64,000 nt of DNA. Source: Balanoglossus misakiensis (lineage: Eukaryota > Animalia > Hemichordata). The position numbers were made by a program, and so were the translations under genes. Location: positions 14,360,550 to 14,424,549 of the forward strand of contig CM082579.2 of NCBI GenBank assembly GCA_040954595.2. Reading direction: 5' to 3'. Position 1 is the stretch's first letter, and each line of letters opens with the position of its first letter. Below are positions 15,001 through 27,331 of the stretch, piece by piece. The notes beneath the pieces were generated by a model, which made no database searches, was not told the origin of the DNA, and was given only the letters and a program-made list of their open reading frames with translations.

Positions 15001-18000
15001 TAAAAAAAAAAACGGGTGAAAATCATCAAAAAATGACACATTTACGACTTTGCAAAATCTCAAAATTTCGTCGATTTTTGAAAAAAAATCATGGGTGAAA
15101 ATCATCAAAAAATGACAAATTTTCGTCTTTGCAAAATCTCAAAATTTCGTCCATTTATGAAAAAAAATCATGGGTAAAAATCATCAAAAATGACAAATTT
15201 TCGTCTTTGCAAAATCTCAAACTTTCGTCCATTTTTGAAAAAAAATCATGGGTGAAAATCATCAAAAAATGACAAATTTTCGTCTTTGCAAAATCTCAAA
15301 ATTTCGTCCATTTCTGAAAAAAAATTATGGGTAAAAATCATCAAAAAATGACAAAATTTTCGACTTTGCAAAATCTCAACATTTCGTCGATTTTTGAAAA
15401 AAATCATGGGTGAAAATCATCAAAAAATGACAAATTTTCGACTTTGCAAAATCTCAACATTTCGTCGATTTTTGTTCGACTGCAAAATCTCAAAATTTCG
15501 TCGATTTTTGAAAAAAAAACGGGTGAAAATCATCAAAAAATTACAAATTTTCGACTGCAAAAACTCACAATTTCGTCAATTTTGAAAAAAATCATGGGTT
15601 AAAATCATCAAAAATGACAAATTTTCCTCTTTGCAAAATCTATAAATTTCGTCGATTTTTGAAAAATTTTCAACTTTGCAAAATCTCAAAATTTCGTCGA
15701 TTTTTGAAAAAAATCATGGGGGAAAATCATCAAAAAATGACAAATTTTCGACTGCAAAATCTCAAAATTTCGTCGATTTTTGAAATAAATCATTGTTGAA
15801 AATTATCAAAAAATGACAAATTTTCCTCTTTGCAAAATCTCAAAATTTCGTCGATTTTTTGAAAAAAGACGGGTGAAAATCATCTTAAAATGACAAATTT
15901 TCGACTTTGCAAAATCTCAAAATTTCGTTGATTTTTGAAAAAAATCATGGGGGAAAATCATCAAAAAATTACAAATTAACGACTACAAAATCTCAAAATT
16001 TTGCCAATTTTGAAAAAATCATGGGTGAAAATCATCAAAAAATGACAAATTTTTTACTGCAAAATCTCAAATTTTCGTCGATTTTTTAAAAAAATTGTTG
16101 AAAATCATCAAAAAATGACAAATTTTTGACTGCAAAATCTCAAAATTTCGTCGATTTTTGAAAAAAAATCATTGTTGAAAATCATCAAAAAATGACAAAT
16201 TTTCCTCTTTGCAAAATCTCAAAATTTCGTCGATTTTTGAAAAAAGACATGGGAGAAAATCATCAAAAAATGACAAATTGTAGACTTTGCAAAATCTCAA
16301 AATTTCGTCGATTTTTGAAAAAAATCATGGTTGAAAATCATCATGACAATGACAAATTTTCGACTTTGCAAAATCTCAAAATTTCGTCGATTTTGAAAAA
16401 AATCATGGGTTCGTCCATTTTTGAAAAAAAAACATTGGGTGAAAATCATCAAAAAATTACAAATTTTCGACTTTGCAAAATCTCAAAATTTCGTCGATTT
16501 TTGAAGAAAATCATGGGTGAAAATCATCAAAAAATGACAAATTTTCGACTTTGCAAAATCTCAAAATTTCGTCGATTTTTTGAAAAAAGACGGGTGAAAA
16601 TCATCTAAAAATGACAAATTTTCGACTTTGCAAAATCTCAAAATTTCGTTGATTTTTGAAAAAAATCATGGGGGAAAATCATCAAAAAATGACAAATTTT
16701 CGTCTTTGCAAAATCTCAAAATTTCGTCCATTTTTGAAAAAAAATCATGGGTGAAAATCATCAAAAAATGACAAATTTTCGTCTTCGCAAAATCTCAAAA
16801 TTTCGTCCATTTCTGAAAAAAAATTATGGGTAAAAATCATCAAAAATGACAGATTTTCATCTTTGCAAAATCTCAAATTTTCGTCGATTTTTGAAAAAAA
16901 ATCATGGTTGAAAATCATCAAAAAATGACAAATTTTCCTCTTTGCAAAATCTCAAAATTTCGTCGATTTTTGAAAAAAAATGGGTGAAAATCATCAAAAA
17001 ATTACACATTTTCGTCGACTTTGCAAAATCTCAAAATTTCGTCGATTTTGAAAAAAATCATAGGTTCGTCGATTTTTTAAAAAAAAACATGGGTGAAAAT
17101 CATCAAAAAATGACAAATTTAAAAAAAAAACGGGTGAAAATCATCAAAAAATGACACATTTACGACTTTGCAAAATCTCAAAATTTCGTCGATGTTTGAA
17201 AAAAAATCATGGGTGAAAATCATCAAAAAATGACAAATTTTCGTCTTTGCAAAATCTAAAAATTTCGTCCATTTTTGAAAAAAAATCATGGGTAAAAATC
17301 ATCAAAAATGACAAATTTTCGTCTTTGCAAAATCTCAAACTTTCGTCCATTTTTAAAAAAAAATCATGGGTGAAAATCATCAAAAAATGACAAATTTTCG
17401 TCTTTGCAAAATCTAAAAATTTCGTCCATTTTTGAAAAAAAAATCATGGGTAAAAATCATCAAAAATGACAAATTTTCGTCTTTGCAAAATCTCAAATTT
17501 TCGTCGATTTTTGAAAAAAAATCATGGTTGAAAATCATCAAAAAATGACAAATTTTCCTCTTTGCAAAATCTCAAAATTTCGTCGATTTTTGAAAAAAAA
17601 TGGGTGAAAATCATCAAAAAATTACACATTTTCGTCGACTTTGCAAAATCTCAAAATTTCGTCGATTTTGAAAAATTTTCAACTTTGCAAAATCTCAAAA
17701 TTTCGTCGATTTTTGAAAAAAATCATGGGGGAAAATCATCAAAAAATGACAAATTTTCGACTGCAAAATCTCAAAATTTCGTCGATTTTTGAAATAAATC
17801 ATTGTTGAAAATTATCAAAAAATGACAAATTTTCCTCTTTACAAAATCACAAAATTTCGTCGATTTTTTGAAAAAAGACGGGTGAAAATCATCTAAAAAT
17901 GACAAATTTTCGACTTTGCAAAATCTCAAAATTTCGTTGATTTTTGAAAAAAATCATGGGGGAAAATCATCAAAAAATGACAAATTTACGACTACAAAAT

Positions 18001-21000
18001 CTCAAAATTTCGTCGATTTGTGAAAAAAAATCATGGGTGAAAATCATCAAAAAATGACAAATTTTCGACTTTGCAAAATCTCAAAATTTTGCCAATTTTG
18101 AAAAAATCATGGGTGAAAATCATCAAAAAATGACAAATTTTTTACTGCAAAATCTCAAATTTTCGTCGATTTTTTAAAAAAATTGTTGAAAATCATCAAA
18201 AAATGACAAATTTTTGACTGCAAAATCTCAAAATTTCGTCGATTTTTGAAAAAATATCATTGTTGAAAATCATCAAAAAATGACAAATTTTCCTTTTTGC
18301 AAAATCTCAAAATTTCGTCGATTTTTGAAAAAAGACATGGGTGAAAATCATCAAAAAATGACAAATTTTCGACTTTGCAAAATCTCAAAATTTCGTCGAT
18401 TTTTGAAAAAATCATGGGTGAAAATCATGAAAAAATGACAAATTTTCGACTTTGCAAAATCTGAAAATTTCATCGATTTTTGAAAAAAATCATGGGGGAA
18501 AATGATCAAAAAATGACAAATTTTCGACTGCAAAATCTCAAAATTTCGTCAATTTTGAAAAAAATCATGGTCGAAAATCATCAAATAATGACAATTTTTT
18601 TACTGCAAAATCTCAAAATTTCATCGATTTTTGAAAAAAATCATGGGTGAAAATCATCAAAAAATGACAAATTTTCGACTTTGCAAAATCTCAAAATTTC
18701 GTCGATTTTTGAAGAAAATCAAGGATGAAAATCATCAAAAAATGACAAATTTTCGACTTTGCAAAATCTCAAAATTTCGTCGATTTTTGAAAAAAATCAT
18801 GGGGAAAATGATCAAAAAATGACAAATTTTCGACTGCAAAATTTCAAAATTTCGTCAATTTTGAAAAAATCATGGGTGAAAATCATCAAAAAATGACAAA
18901 TTTTCGACTGCAAAATCTCAAAATTTCGTCGATTTTTGAAAAAAAAACGGGTGAAAATCATCAAAAAATTACAAATTTTCGACTGCAAAAACTCAAAATT
19001 TCGTCAATTTTGAAAAAAATCATGGGTGAAAATCATCAAAAAATGACAAATTTTCCTCTTTGCAAAATCTATAAATTTCGTCGATTTTTGAAAAATTTTC
19101 AACTTTGCAAAATCTCAAAATTTCGTCGATTTTTGAAAAAAATCATGGGGGAAAATCATCAAAAAATGACAAATTTTCGACTGCAAAATCTCAAAATTTC
19201 GTCGATTTTTGAAATAAATCATTGTTGAAAATTATCAAAAAATGACAAATTTTCCTCTTTGCAAAATCTCAAAATTTCGTCGATTTTTTGAAAAAAGACG
19301 GGTGAAAATCATCTAAAAATGACAAATGTTCGACTTTGCAAAATCTTAAAATTTCGTCGATTTTTTGAAAAAAAATCATGGGTGAAAATCATCAAAAAAT
19401 GACAAATTTTCGACTTTGTAAAATCTCAAAATTTCGTCGATTTTTGAAAAAAATCATGGGTGAAAATCATGAAAAAATGACAAATTTTCCTCTTTGCAAA
19501 ATCTCAAAATTTCGTCGTTTTTTGAAAAAAAATCATGGGTGAAAATCATCAAAAAATGACAAATTTTCGTCTTTGCAAAATCTCAAAATTTCGTCCATTT
19601 TTGAAAAAAATTCATGGGTAAAAATCATCAAAAAATGACAAATTTTCGTCTTTGCAAAATCTCACAATTTCGTCGATTTTTGAAAAAAATCATGTGTGAA
19701 AATCATCAAAAAATGACAAATTTTCGACTTTGCAAAATCTCAAAATTTCGTCAATTTTTGAAAAAATCATGGGTGAAAATCATCAAAAAATAACAAATTT
19801 TCGTCTTTGCAAAATCTCAAAATTTCGTCCATTTAAAAAAAAAAACATGGGGGAAAATCATCAAAAAATGACAAATTTTCGACTTTGCAAAATCTCAAAA
19901 TTTCGTCGATTTTTGAAAAAAATCATGGGTGAAAATCATAAAAAAATGACAAATTTTCGACTTTGCAAAATCTCAAAATTTCGTCAATTTTTGAAAAAAA
20001 TCATGTGTGAAAATCATCAAAAAATGACAAATTTTCGTCTTTGCAAAATCTCAAAATTTCGTCCATTTTTGAAAAAAAATCATGGGTAAAAATCATCAAA
20101 AATGACAAATTTTCGTCTTTGCAAAATCTCAAATTTTCGTCGATTTTTGAAAAAAATCATGGGGGAAAATCATGAAAAAATGACAAATATTCCTCTTTGC
20201 AAAATCTCAAAATTTCGTCGATTTTTGAAAAAAATCATGGGGAAAATGATCAAAAAATGACAAATTTTCGACTGCAAAAACTCAAAATTTCGTCAATTTT
20301 GAAAAAAATCATGGGTGAAAATCATCAAAAAATGACAAATTTCCTCTTTGCAAAATCTATAAATTTCGTCGATTTTTGAAAAATTTTCGTCTTTGCAAAA
20401 TCTCAAATTTTCGTCGATTTTTGAAAAAAATCATGGGGGAAAATCATGAAAAAATGACAAATTTTCCTCTTTGCAAAATCTCAAAATTTCGTCGATTTTT
20501 GAAAAAAATCATGGGTGAAAATCATGAAAAAATGACAAATTTTCCTCTTTGCAAAATCTCAAAATTTCGTTGATTTTTGAAAAAAATCATGGGGGAAAAT
20601 CATCAAAAAATGACAAATTTTCGTCTTTGCAAAATCTCAAAATTTCGTCCATTTTTGAAAAAAAATCATGGGTGAAAATCATCAAAAAATGACAAATTTT
20701 CGTCTTCGCAAAATCTCAAAATTTCGTCCATTTCTGAAAAAAAATTATGGGTAAAAATCATCAAAAATGACAGATTTTCATCTTTGCAAAATCTCAAATT
20801 TTCGTCGATTTTTGAAAAAAAATCATGGTTGAAAATCATCAAAAAATGACAAATTTTCCTCTTTGCAAAATCTCAAAATTTCGTCGATTTTTGAAAAAAA
20901 ATGGGTGAAAATCATCAAAAAATTACACATTTTCGTCGACTTTGCAAAATCTCAAAATTTCGTCGATTTTGAAAAAAATCATAGGTTCGTCGATTTTTTA

Positions 21001-24000
21001 AAAAAAAACATGGGTGAAAATCATCAAAAAATGACAAATTTAAAAAAAAAACGGGTGAAAATCATCAAAAAATGACACATTTACGACTTTGCAAAATCTC
21101 AAAATTTCGTCGATGTTTGAAAAAAAATCATGGGTGAAAATCATCAAAAAATGACAAATTTTCGTCTTTGCAAAATCTAAAAATTTCGTCCATTTTTGAA
21201 AAAAAATCATGGGTAAAAATCATCAAAAATGACAAATTTTCGTCTTTGCAAAATCTCAAACTTTCGTCCATTTTTAAAAAAAAATCATGGGTGAAAATCA
21301 TCAAAAAATGACAAATTTTCGTCTTTGCAAAATCTAAAAATTTCGTCCATTTTTGAAAAAAAAATCATGGGTAAATATCATCAAAAATGACAAATTTTCG
21401 TCTTTGCAAAATCTCAAATTTTCGTCGATTTTTGAAAAAAAATCATGGTTGAAAATCATCAAAAAATGACAAATTTTCCTCTTTGCAAAATCTCAAAATT
21501 TCGTCGATTTTTGAAAAAAAATGGGTGAAAATCATCAAAAAATTACACATTTTCGTCGACTTTGCAAAATCTCAAAATTTCGTCGATTTTGAAAAATTTT
21601 CAACTTTGCAAAATCTCAAAATTTCGTCGATTTTTGAAAAAAATCATGGGGGAAAATCATCAAAAAATGACAAATTTTCGACTGCAAAATCTCAAAATTT
21701 CGTCGATTTTTGAAATAAATCATTGTTGAAAATTATCAAAAAATGACAAATTTTCCTCTTTACAAAATCACAAAATTTCGTCGATTTTTTGAAAAAAGAC
21801 GGGTGAAAATCATCTAAAAATGACAAATTTTCGACTTTGCAAAATCTCAAAATTTCGTTGATTTTTGAAAAAAATCATGGGGGAAAATCATCAAAAAATG
21901 ACAAATTTACGACTACAAAATCTCAAAATTTCGTCGATTTGTGAAAAAAAATCATGGGTGAAAATCATCAAAAAATGACAAATTTTCGACTTTGCAAAAT
22001 CTCAAAATTTTGCCAATTTTGAAAAAATCATGGGTGAAAATCATCAAAAAATGACAAATTTTTTACTGCAAAATCTCAAATTTTCGTCGATTTTTTAAAA
22101 AAATTGTTGAAAATCATCAAAAAATGACAAATTTTTGACTGCAAAATCTCAAAATTTCGTCGATTTTTGAAAAAATATCATTGTTGAAAATCATCAAAAA
22201 ATGACAAATTTTCCTCTTTGCAAAATCTCAAAATTTCGTCGATTTTTGAAAAAAGACATGGGTGAAAATCATCAAAAAATGACAAATTTTCGACTTTGCA
22301 AAATCTCAAAATTTCGTCGATTTTTGAAAAAATCATGGGTGAAAATCATGAAAAAATGACAAATTTTCGACTTTGCAAAATCTGAAAATTTCATCGATTT
22401 TTGAAAAAAATCATGGGGGAAAATGATCAAAAAATGACAAATTTTCGACTGCAAAATCTCAAAATTTCGTCAATTTTGAAAAAAATCATGGTCGAAAATC
22501 ATCAAATAATGACAATTTTTTTACTGCAAAATCTCAAAATTTCATCGATTTTTGAAAAAAATCATGGGTGAAAATCATCAAAAAATGACAAATTTTCGAC
22601 TTTGCAAAATCTCAAAATTTCGTCGATTTTTGAAGAAAATCAAGGATGAAAATCATCAAAAAATGACAAATTTTCGACTTTGCAAAATCTCAAAATTTCG
22701 TCGATTTTTGAAAAAAATCATGGGGAAAATGATCAAAAAATGACAAATTTTCGACTGCAAAATTTCAAAATTTCGTCAATTTTGAAAAAATCATGGGTGA
22801 AAATCATCAAAAAATGACAAATTTTCGACTGCAAAATCTCAAAATTTCGTCGATTTTTGAAAAAAAACGGGTGAAAATCATCAAAAAATTACAAATTTTC
22901 GACTGCAAAAACTCAAAATTTCGTCAATTTTGAAAAAAATCATGGGTGAAAATCATCAAAAAATGACAAATTTTCCTCTTTGCAAAATCTATAAATTTCG
23001 TCGATTTTTGAAAAATTTTCAACTTTGCAAAATCTCAAAATTTCGTCGATTTTTGAAAAAAATCATGGGGGAAAATCATCAAAAAATGACAAATTTTCGA
23101 CTGCAAAATCTCAAAATTTCGTCGATTTTTGAAATAAATCATTGTTGAAAATTATCAAAAAATGACAAATTTTCCTCTTTGCAAAATCTCAAAATTTCGT
23201 CGATTTTTTGAAAAAAGACGGGTGAAAATCATCTAAAAATGACAAATTTTTGACTTTGCAAAATCTCAAAATTTCGTTGATTTTTGAAAAAAATCATGGG
23301 GGAAAATCATCAAAAAATGACAAATTTTCGTCTTTGCAAAATCTCAAAATTTCGTCCATTTTTGAAAAAAAATCATGGGTGAAAATCATCAAAAAATGAC
23401 AAATTTTCGTCTTCGCAAAATCTCAAAATTTCGTCCATTTCTGAAAAAAAATTATGGGTAAAAATCATCAAAAATGACAGATTTTCATCTTTGCAAAATC
23501 TCAAATTTTCGTCGATTTTTGAAAAAAAATCATGGTTGAAAATCATCAAAAAATGACAAATTTTCCTCTTTGCAAAATCTCAAAATTTCGTCGATTTTTG
23601 AAAAAAAATGGGTGAAAATCATCAAAAAATTACACATTTTCGTCGACTTTGCAAAATCTCAAAATTTCGTCGATTTTGAAAAAAATCATAGGTTCGTCGA
23701 TTTTTTAAAAAAAAACATGGGTGAAAATCATCAAAAAATGACAAATTTAAAAAAAAAACGGGTGAAAATCATCAAAAAATGACACATTTACGACTTTGCA
23801 AAATCTCAAAATTTCGTCGATGTTTGAAAAAAAATCATGGGTGAAAATCATCAAAAAATGACAAATTTTCGTCTTTGCAAAATCTAAAAATTTCGTCCAT
23901 TTTTGAAAAAAAATCAAGGGTAAAAATCATCAAAAATGACAAATTTTCGTCTTTGCAAAATCTCAAACTTTCGTCCATTTTTAAAAAAAAATCATGGGTG

Positions 24001-26338
24001 AAAATCATCAAAAAATGACAAATTTTCGTCTTTGCAAAATCTAAAAATTTCGTCCATTTTTGAAAAAAAAATCATGGGTAAAAATCATCAAAAATGACAA
24101 ATTTTCGTCTTTGCAAAATCTCAAATTTTCGTCGATTTTTGAAAAAAAATCATGGTTGAAAATCATCAAAAAATGACAAAATTTTCGACTTTGTAAAATC
24201 ACAAAATTTCGTCGATTTTGAAAAAAATCATAGGTTCGTCGATTTTTTAAAAAAAAACATGGGTGAAAATCATAAAAAAATGACAAATTTAAAAAAAAAA
24301 CGGGTGAAAATCATCAAAAAATGACACATTTACGACTTTGCAAAATCTCAAAATTTCGTCGATTTTTGAAAAAAAATCATGGGTGAAAATCATCAAAAAA
24401 TGACAAATTTTCGTCTTTGCAAAATCTCAAAATTTCGTCCATTTATGAAAAAAAATCATGGGTAAAAATCATCAAAAATGACAAATTTTCGTCTTTGCAA
24501 AATCTCAAACTTTCGTCCATTTTTGAAAAAAAATCATGGGTGAAAATCATCAAAAAATGACAAATTTTCGTCTTTGCAAAATCTCAAAATTTCGTCCATT
24601 TCTGAAAAAAAATTATGGGTAAAAATCATCAAAAAATGACAAAATTTTCGACTTTGCAAAATCTCAACATTTCGTCGATTTTTGAAAAAAATCATGGGTG
24701 AAAATCATCAAAAAATGACAAATTTTCGACTTTGCAAAATCTCAACATTTCGTCGATTTTTGTTCGACTGCAAAATCTCAAAATTTCGTCGATTTTTGAA
24801 AAAAAAACGGGTGAAAATCATCAAAAAATTACAAATTTTCGACTGCAAAAACTCACAATTTCGTCAATTTTGAAAAAAATCATGGGTTAAAATCATCAAA
24901 AATGACAAATTTTCCTCTTTGCAAAATCTATAAATTTCGTCGATTTTTGAAAAATTTTCAACTTTGCAAAATCTCAAAATTTCGTCGATTTTTGAAAAAA
25001 ATCATGGGGGAAAATCATCAAAAAATGACAAATTTTCGACTGCAAAATCTCAAAATTTCGTCGATTTTTGAAATAAATCATTGTTGAAAATTATCAAAAA
25101 ATGACAAATTTTCCTCTTTGCAAAATCTCAAAATTTCGTCGATTCTTTGAAAAAAGACGGGTGAAAATCATCTAAAAATGACAAATTTTCGACTTTGCAA
25201 AATCTCAAAATTTCGTTGATTTTTGAAAAAAATCATGGGGGAAAATCATCAAAAAATTACAAATTAACGACTACAAAATCTCAAAATTTTGCCAATTTTG
25301 AAAAAATCATGGGTGAAAATCATCAAAAAATGACAAATTTTTTACTGCAAAATCTCAAATTTTCGTCGATTTTTTAAAAAAATTGTTGAAAATCATCAAA
25401 AAATTACAAATTTTTGACTGCAAAATCTCAAAATTTCGTCGATTTTTGAAAAAAAATCATTGTTGAAAATCATCAAAAAATGACAAATTTTCCTCTTTGC
25501 AAAATCTCAAAATTTCGTCGATTTTTGAAAAAAGACATGGGTGAAAATCATCAAAAAATGACAAATTGTAGACTTTGCAAAATCTCAAAATTTCGTCGAT
25601 TTTTGAAAAAAAATCATGGAGGAAAATCATTAAAAAATGACAAATTTACGACTGCAAAATCTCAAAATTTCGTCGATTTGTGAAAAAAAATCATGGGTGA
25701 AAATCATCAAAAAATGACAAATTTTTGACTGCAAAATCTCAAAATTTCGTCAATTTTTGAAAAAAATCATGGTTGAAAATCATCATGACAATGACAAATT
25801 TTCGACTTTGCAAAATCTCAAAATTTCGTCGATTTTGAAAAAAATCATGGGTTCGTCCATTTTTGAAAAAAAAACATTGGGTGAAAATCATCAAAAAATG
25901 ACAAATTTTCGACTTTGCAAAATCTCAAAATTTCGTCGATTTTTGAAGAAAATCATGGGTGAAAATCATCAAAAAATGACAAATTTTCGACTTTGCAAAA
26001 TCTCAAAATTTCGTCGATTTTTGAAAAAAATCATGGGGGAAAATCATCAAAAAATTACAAATTTTCGACTGCAAAATCTTAAAATTTCGTCAATTTTGAA
26101 AAAAATCATCGGTGAAAATCATCAAAAAATTACAATTTTTTTACTGCAAAATCTCAAATTTTCGTCGATTTTTTAAAAAAATTGTTGAAAATCATCAAAA
26201 AATGACACATTTTCCTCTTTTGCAAAATCTCAAAATTTCGTCGATTTTTGAAAAAAGACGGGTGAAAATCATCAAAAAATGACAAATTTTCGACTTTGCA
26301 AAATCTCAAAATTTCGTCGATTTTTGAAAAAAATCATG
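1..26338. repeat. AT-rich tandem satellite, ~78-bp monomer (about 76-80 bp), with higher-order block duplications; runs off the left edge
   Basis: Consensus atgggtgaaaatcatcaaaaaatgacaaattttcgactttgcaaaatctcaaaatttcgtcgatttttgaaaaaaatc repeats continuously. The 26-aa period in the ORF track (MGENHQKMTNFRLCKISKFRRFLKKI) equals 78 bp. The array ends abruptly at ...aaatcatg|gcaggtgtc. Confidence 0.98.
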
Positions 26339-26895
26339 GCAGGTGTCAAAGGTATCCCCCTGTATTTGGCATTTCATGATAGTTTCATCCCTCCAAATAC
26401 CAAAGCTGCACCTGTACAACGGGATGAGATATGGCACTGTATGACAGAGGTCATCAAAATCACCTTATACATTTGGGCAAAAACCAACTGACACTTACAT
26501 TCGTCCCTGTGGAACAAAAACCACACCTATCGCCCTGTTGGTTAGTGTCCAATTAAATGTACAAAATCAATGACTTAGGCAGGTGCAACAGGTGACCCCG
26601 CCTTTGGTATATCATTATGGTCCCATCCGTATATGCCCCCCCCCCTAAGCCAAAGCTGCATGCATCTTCTGTAGATGCTCACTAAGCAAAAGTAGGTGAA
26701 AGGTCACATAAGGTCGCCCACAACTTGACGGGAAAATCGGACTTCATATTGATCCATGTGCAACAAATACCACGCTACCACCCCTTTCATTGACCCCACA
26801 ATTACGCATGCACATAATTATTGAGTTACGCAGGTGTCACAGGTGACCCCCGAATCGGGTGTATTATTTTGGTCCCATACAGCTGCATGTAGCTG
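26339..26895. repeat. Degenerate tandem repeat, ~240-250-bp period, about 2.3 copies
   Basis: Units start with gcaggtg(tc/ca)a.aggt.(t)cccc at ~26339, ~26579 and ~26830. Each contains an agctgca motif; units 1 and 2 also share tcc.tgtg.aacaaa.accac.cta.c.ccc. Confidence 0.7.
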
Positions 26896-27331
26896 CGTGC
26901 CGTTACGGGCGACCTGATAACCCACACGGCCACCTGCGGGCCGACCCCCATACTGAACGTCCAGTTGCAACATCACGACTGAAGTAGGAACTTTTGAACG
27001 GCAACGAAGCCTGATCTCTGATTATTGCTGGTACCAAACTCCCTTCGTGCAAGAAAATCACTGGTCTGCTGACGTATTTCAGGCAATTTCCCAAACTACT
27101 ATCCACTACATGTGACTACAATGCTAATGAAACCTCCCACAACATTAGCGACTTAGAGTCAAAGCCCACTGCCAGTGTAGCCGGGTTTGCGTAGACACAT
27201 TTGAATGGCAACAGCTAACAAATAATAACAATTCTTTATTTCAGACTTTAAAAAAAGTCCATATACCCAAAAGAGAGAAGAAAAAAAAACAATAATAATA
27301 ATCTGACACTGAGACACACACAAAAAAAAAC

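Noticed and set aside
1-26338. CENP-B box or hammerhead ribozyme in the satellite monomer
   Set aside because: TTCG is present but there is no correctly spaced A..CGGG. The - strand has ttgatga/cgaaa rather than the CTGANGA core with supporting stems.
240-26491. Dozens of K/F/I-rich ORFs
   Set aside because: They are translations of the 78-bp satellite, with frames broken at random by homopolymer indels.
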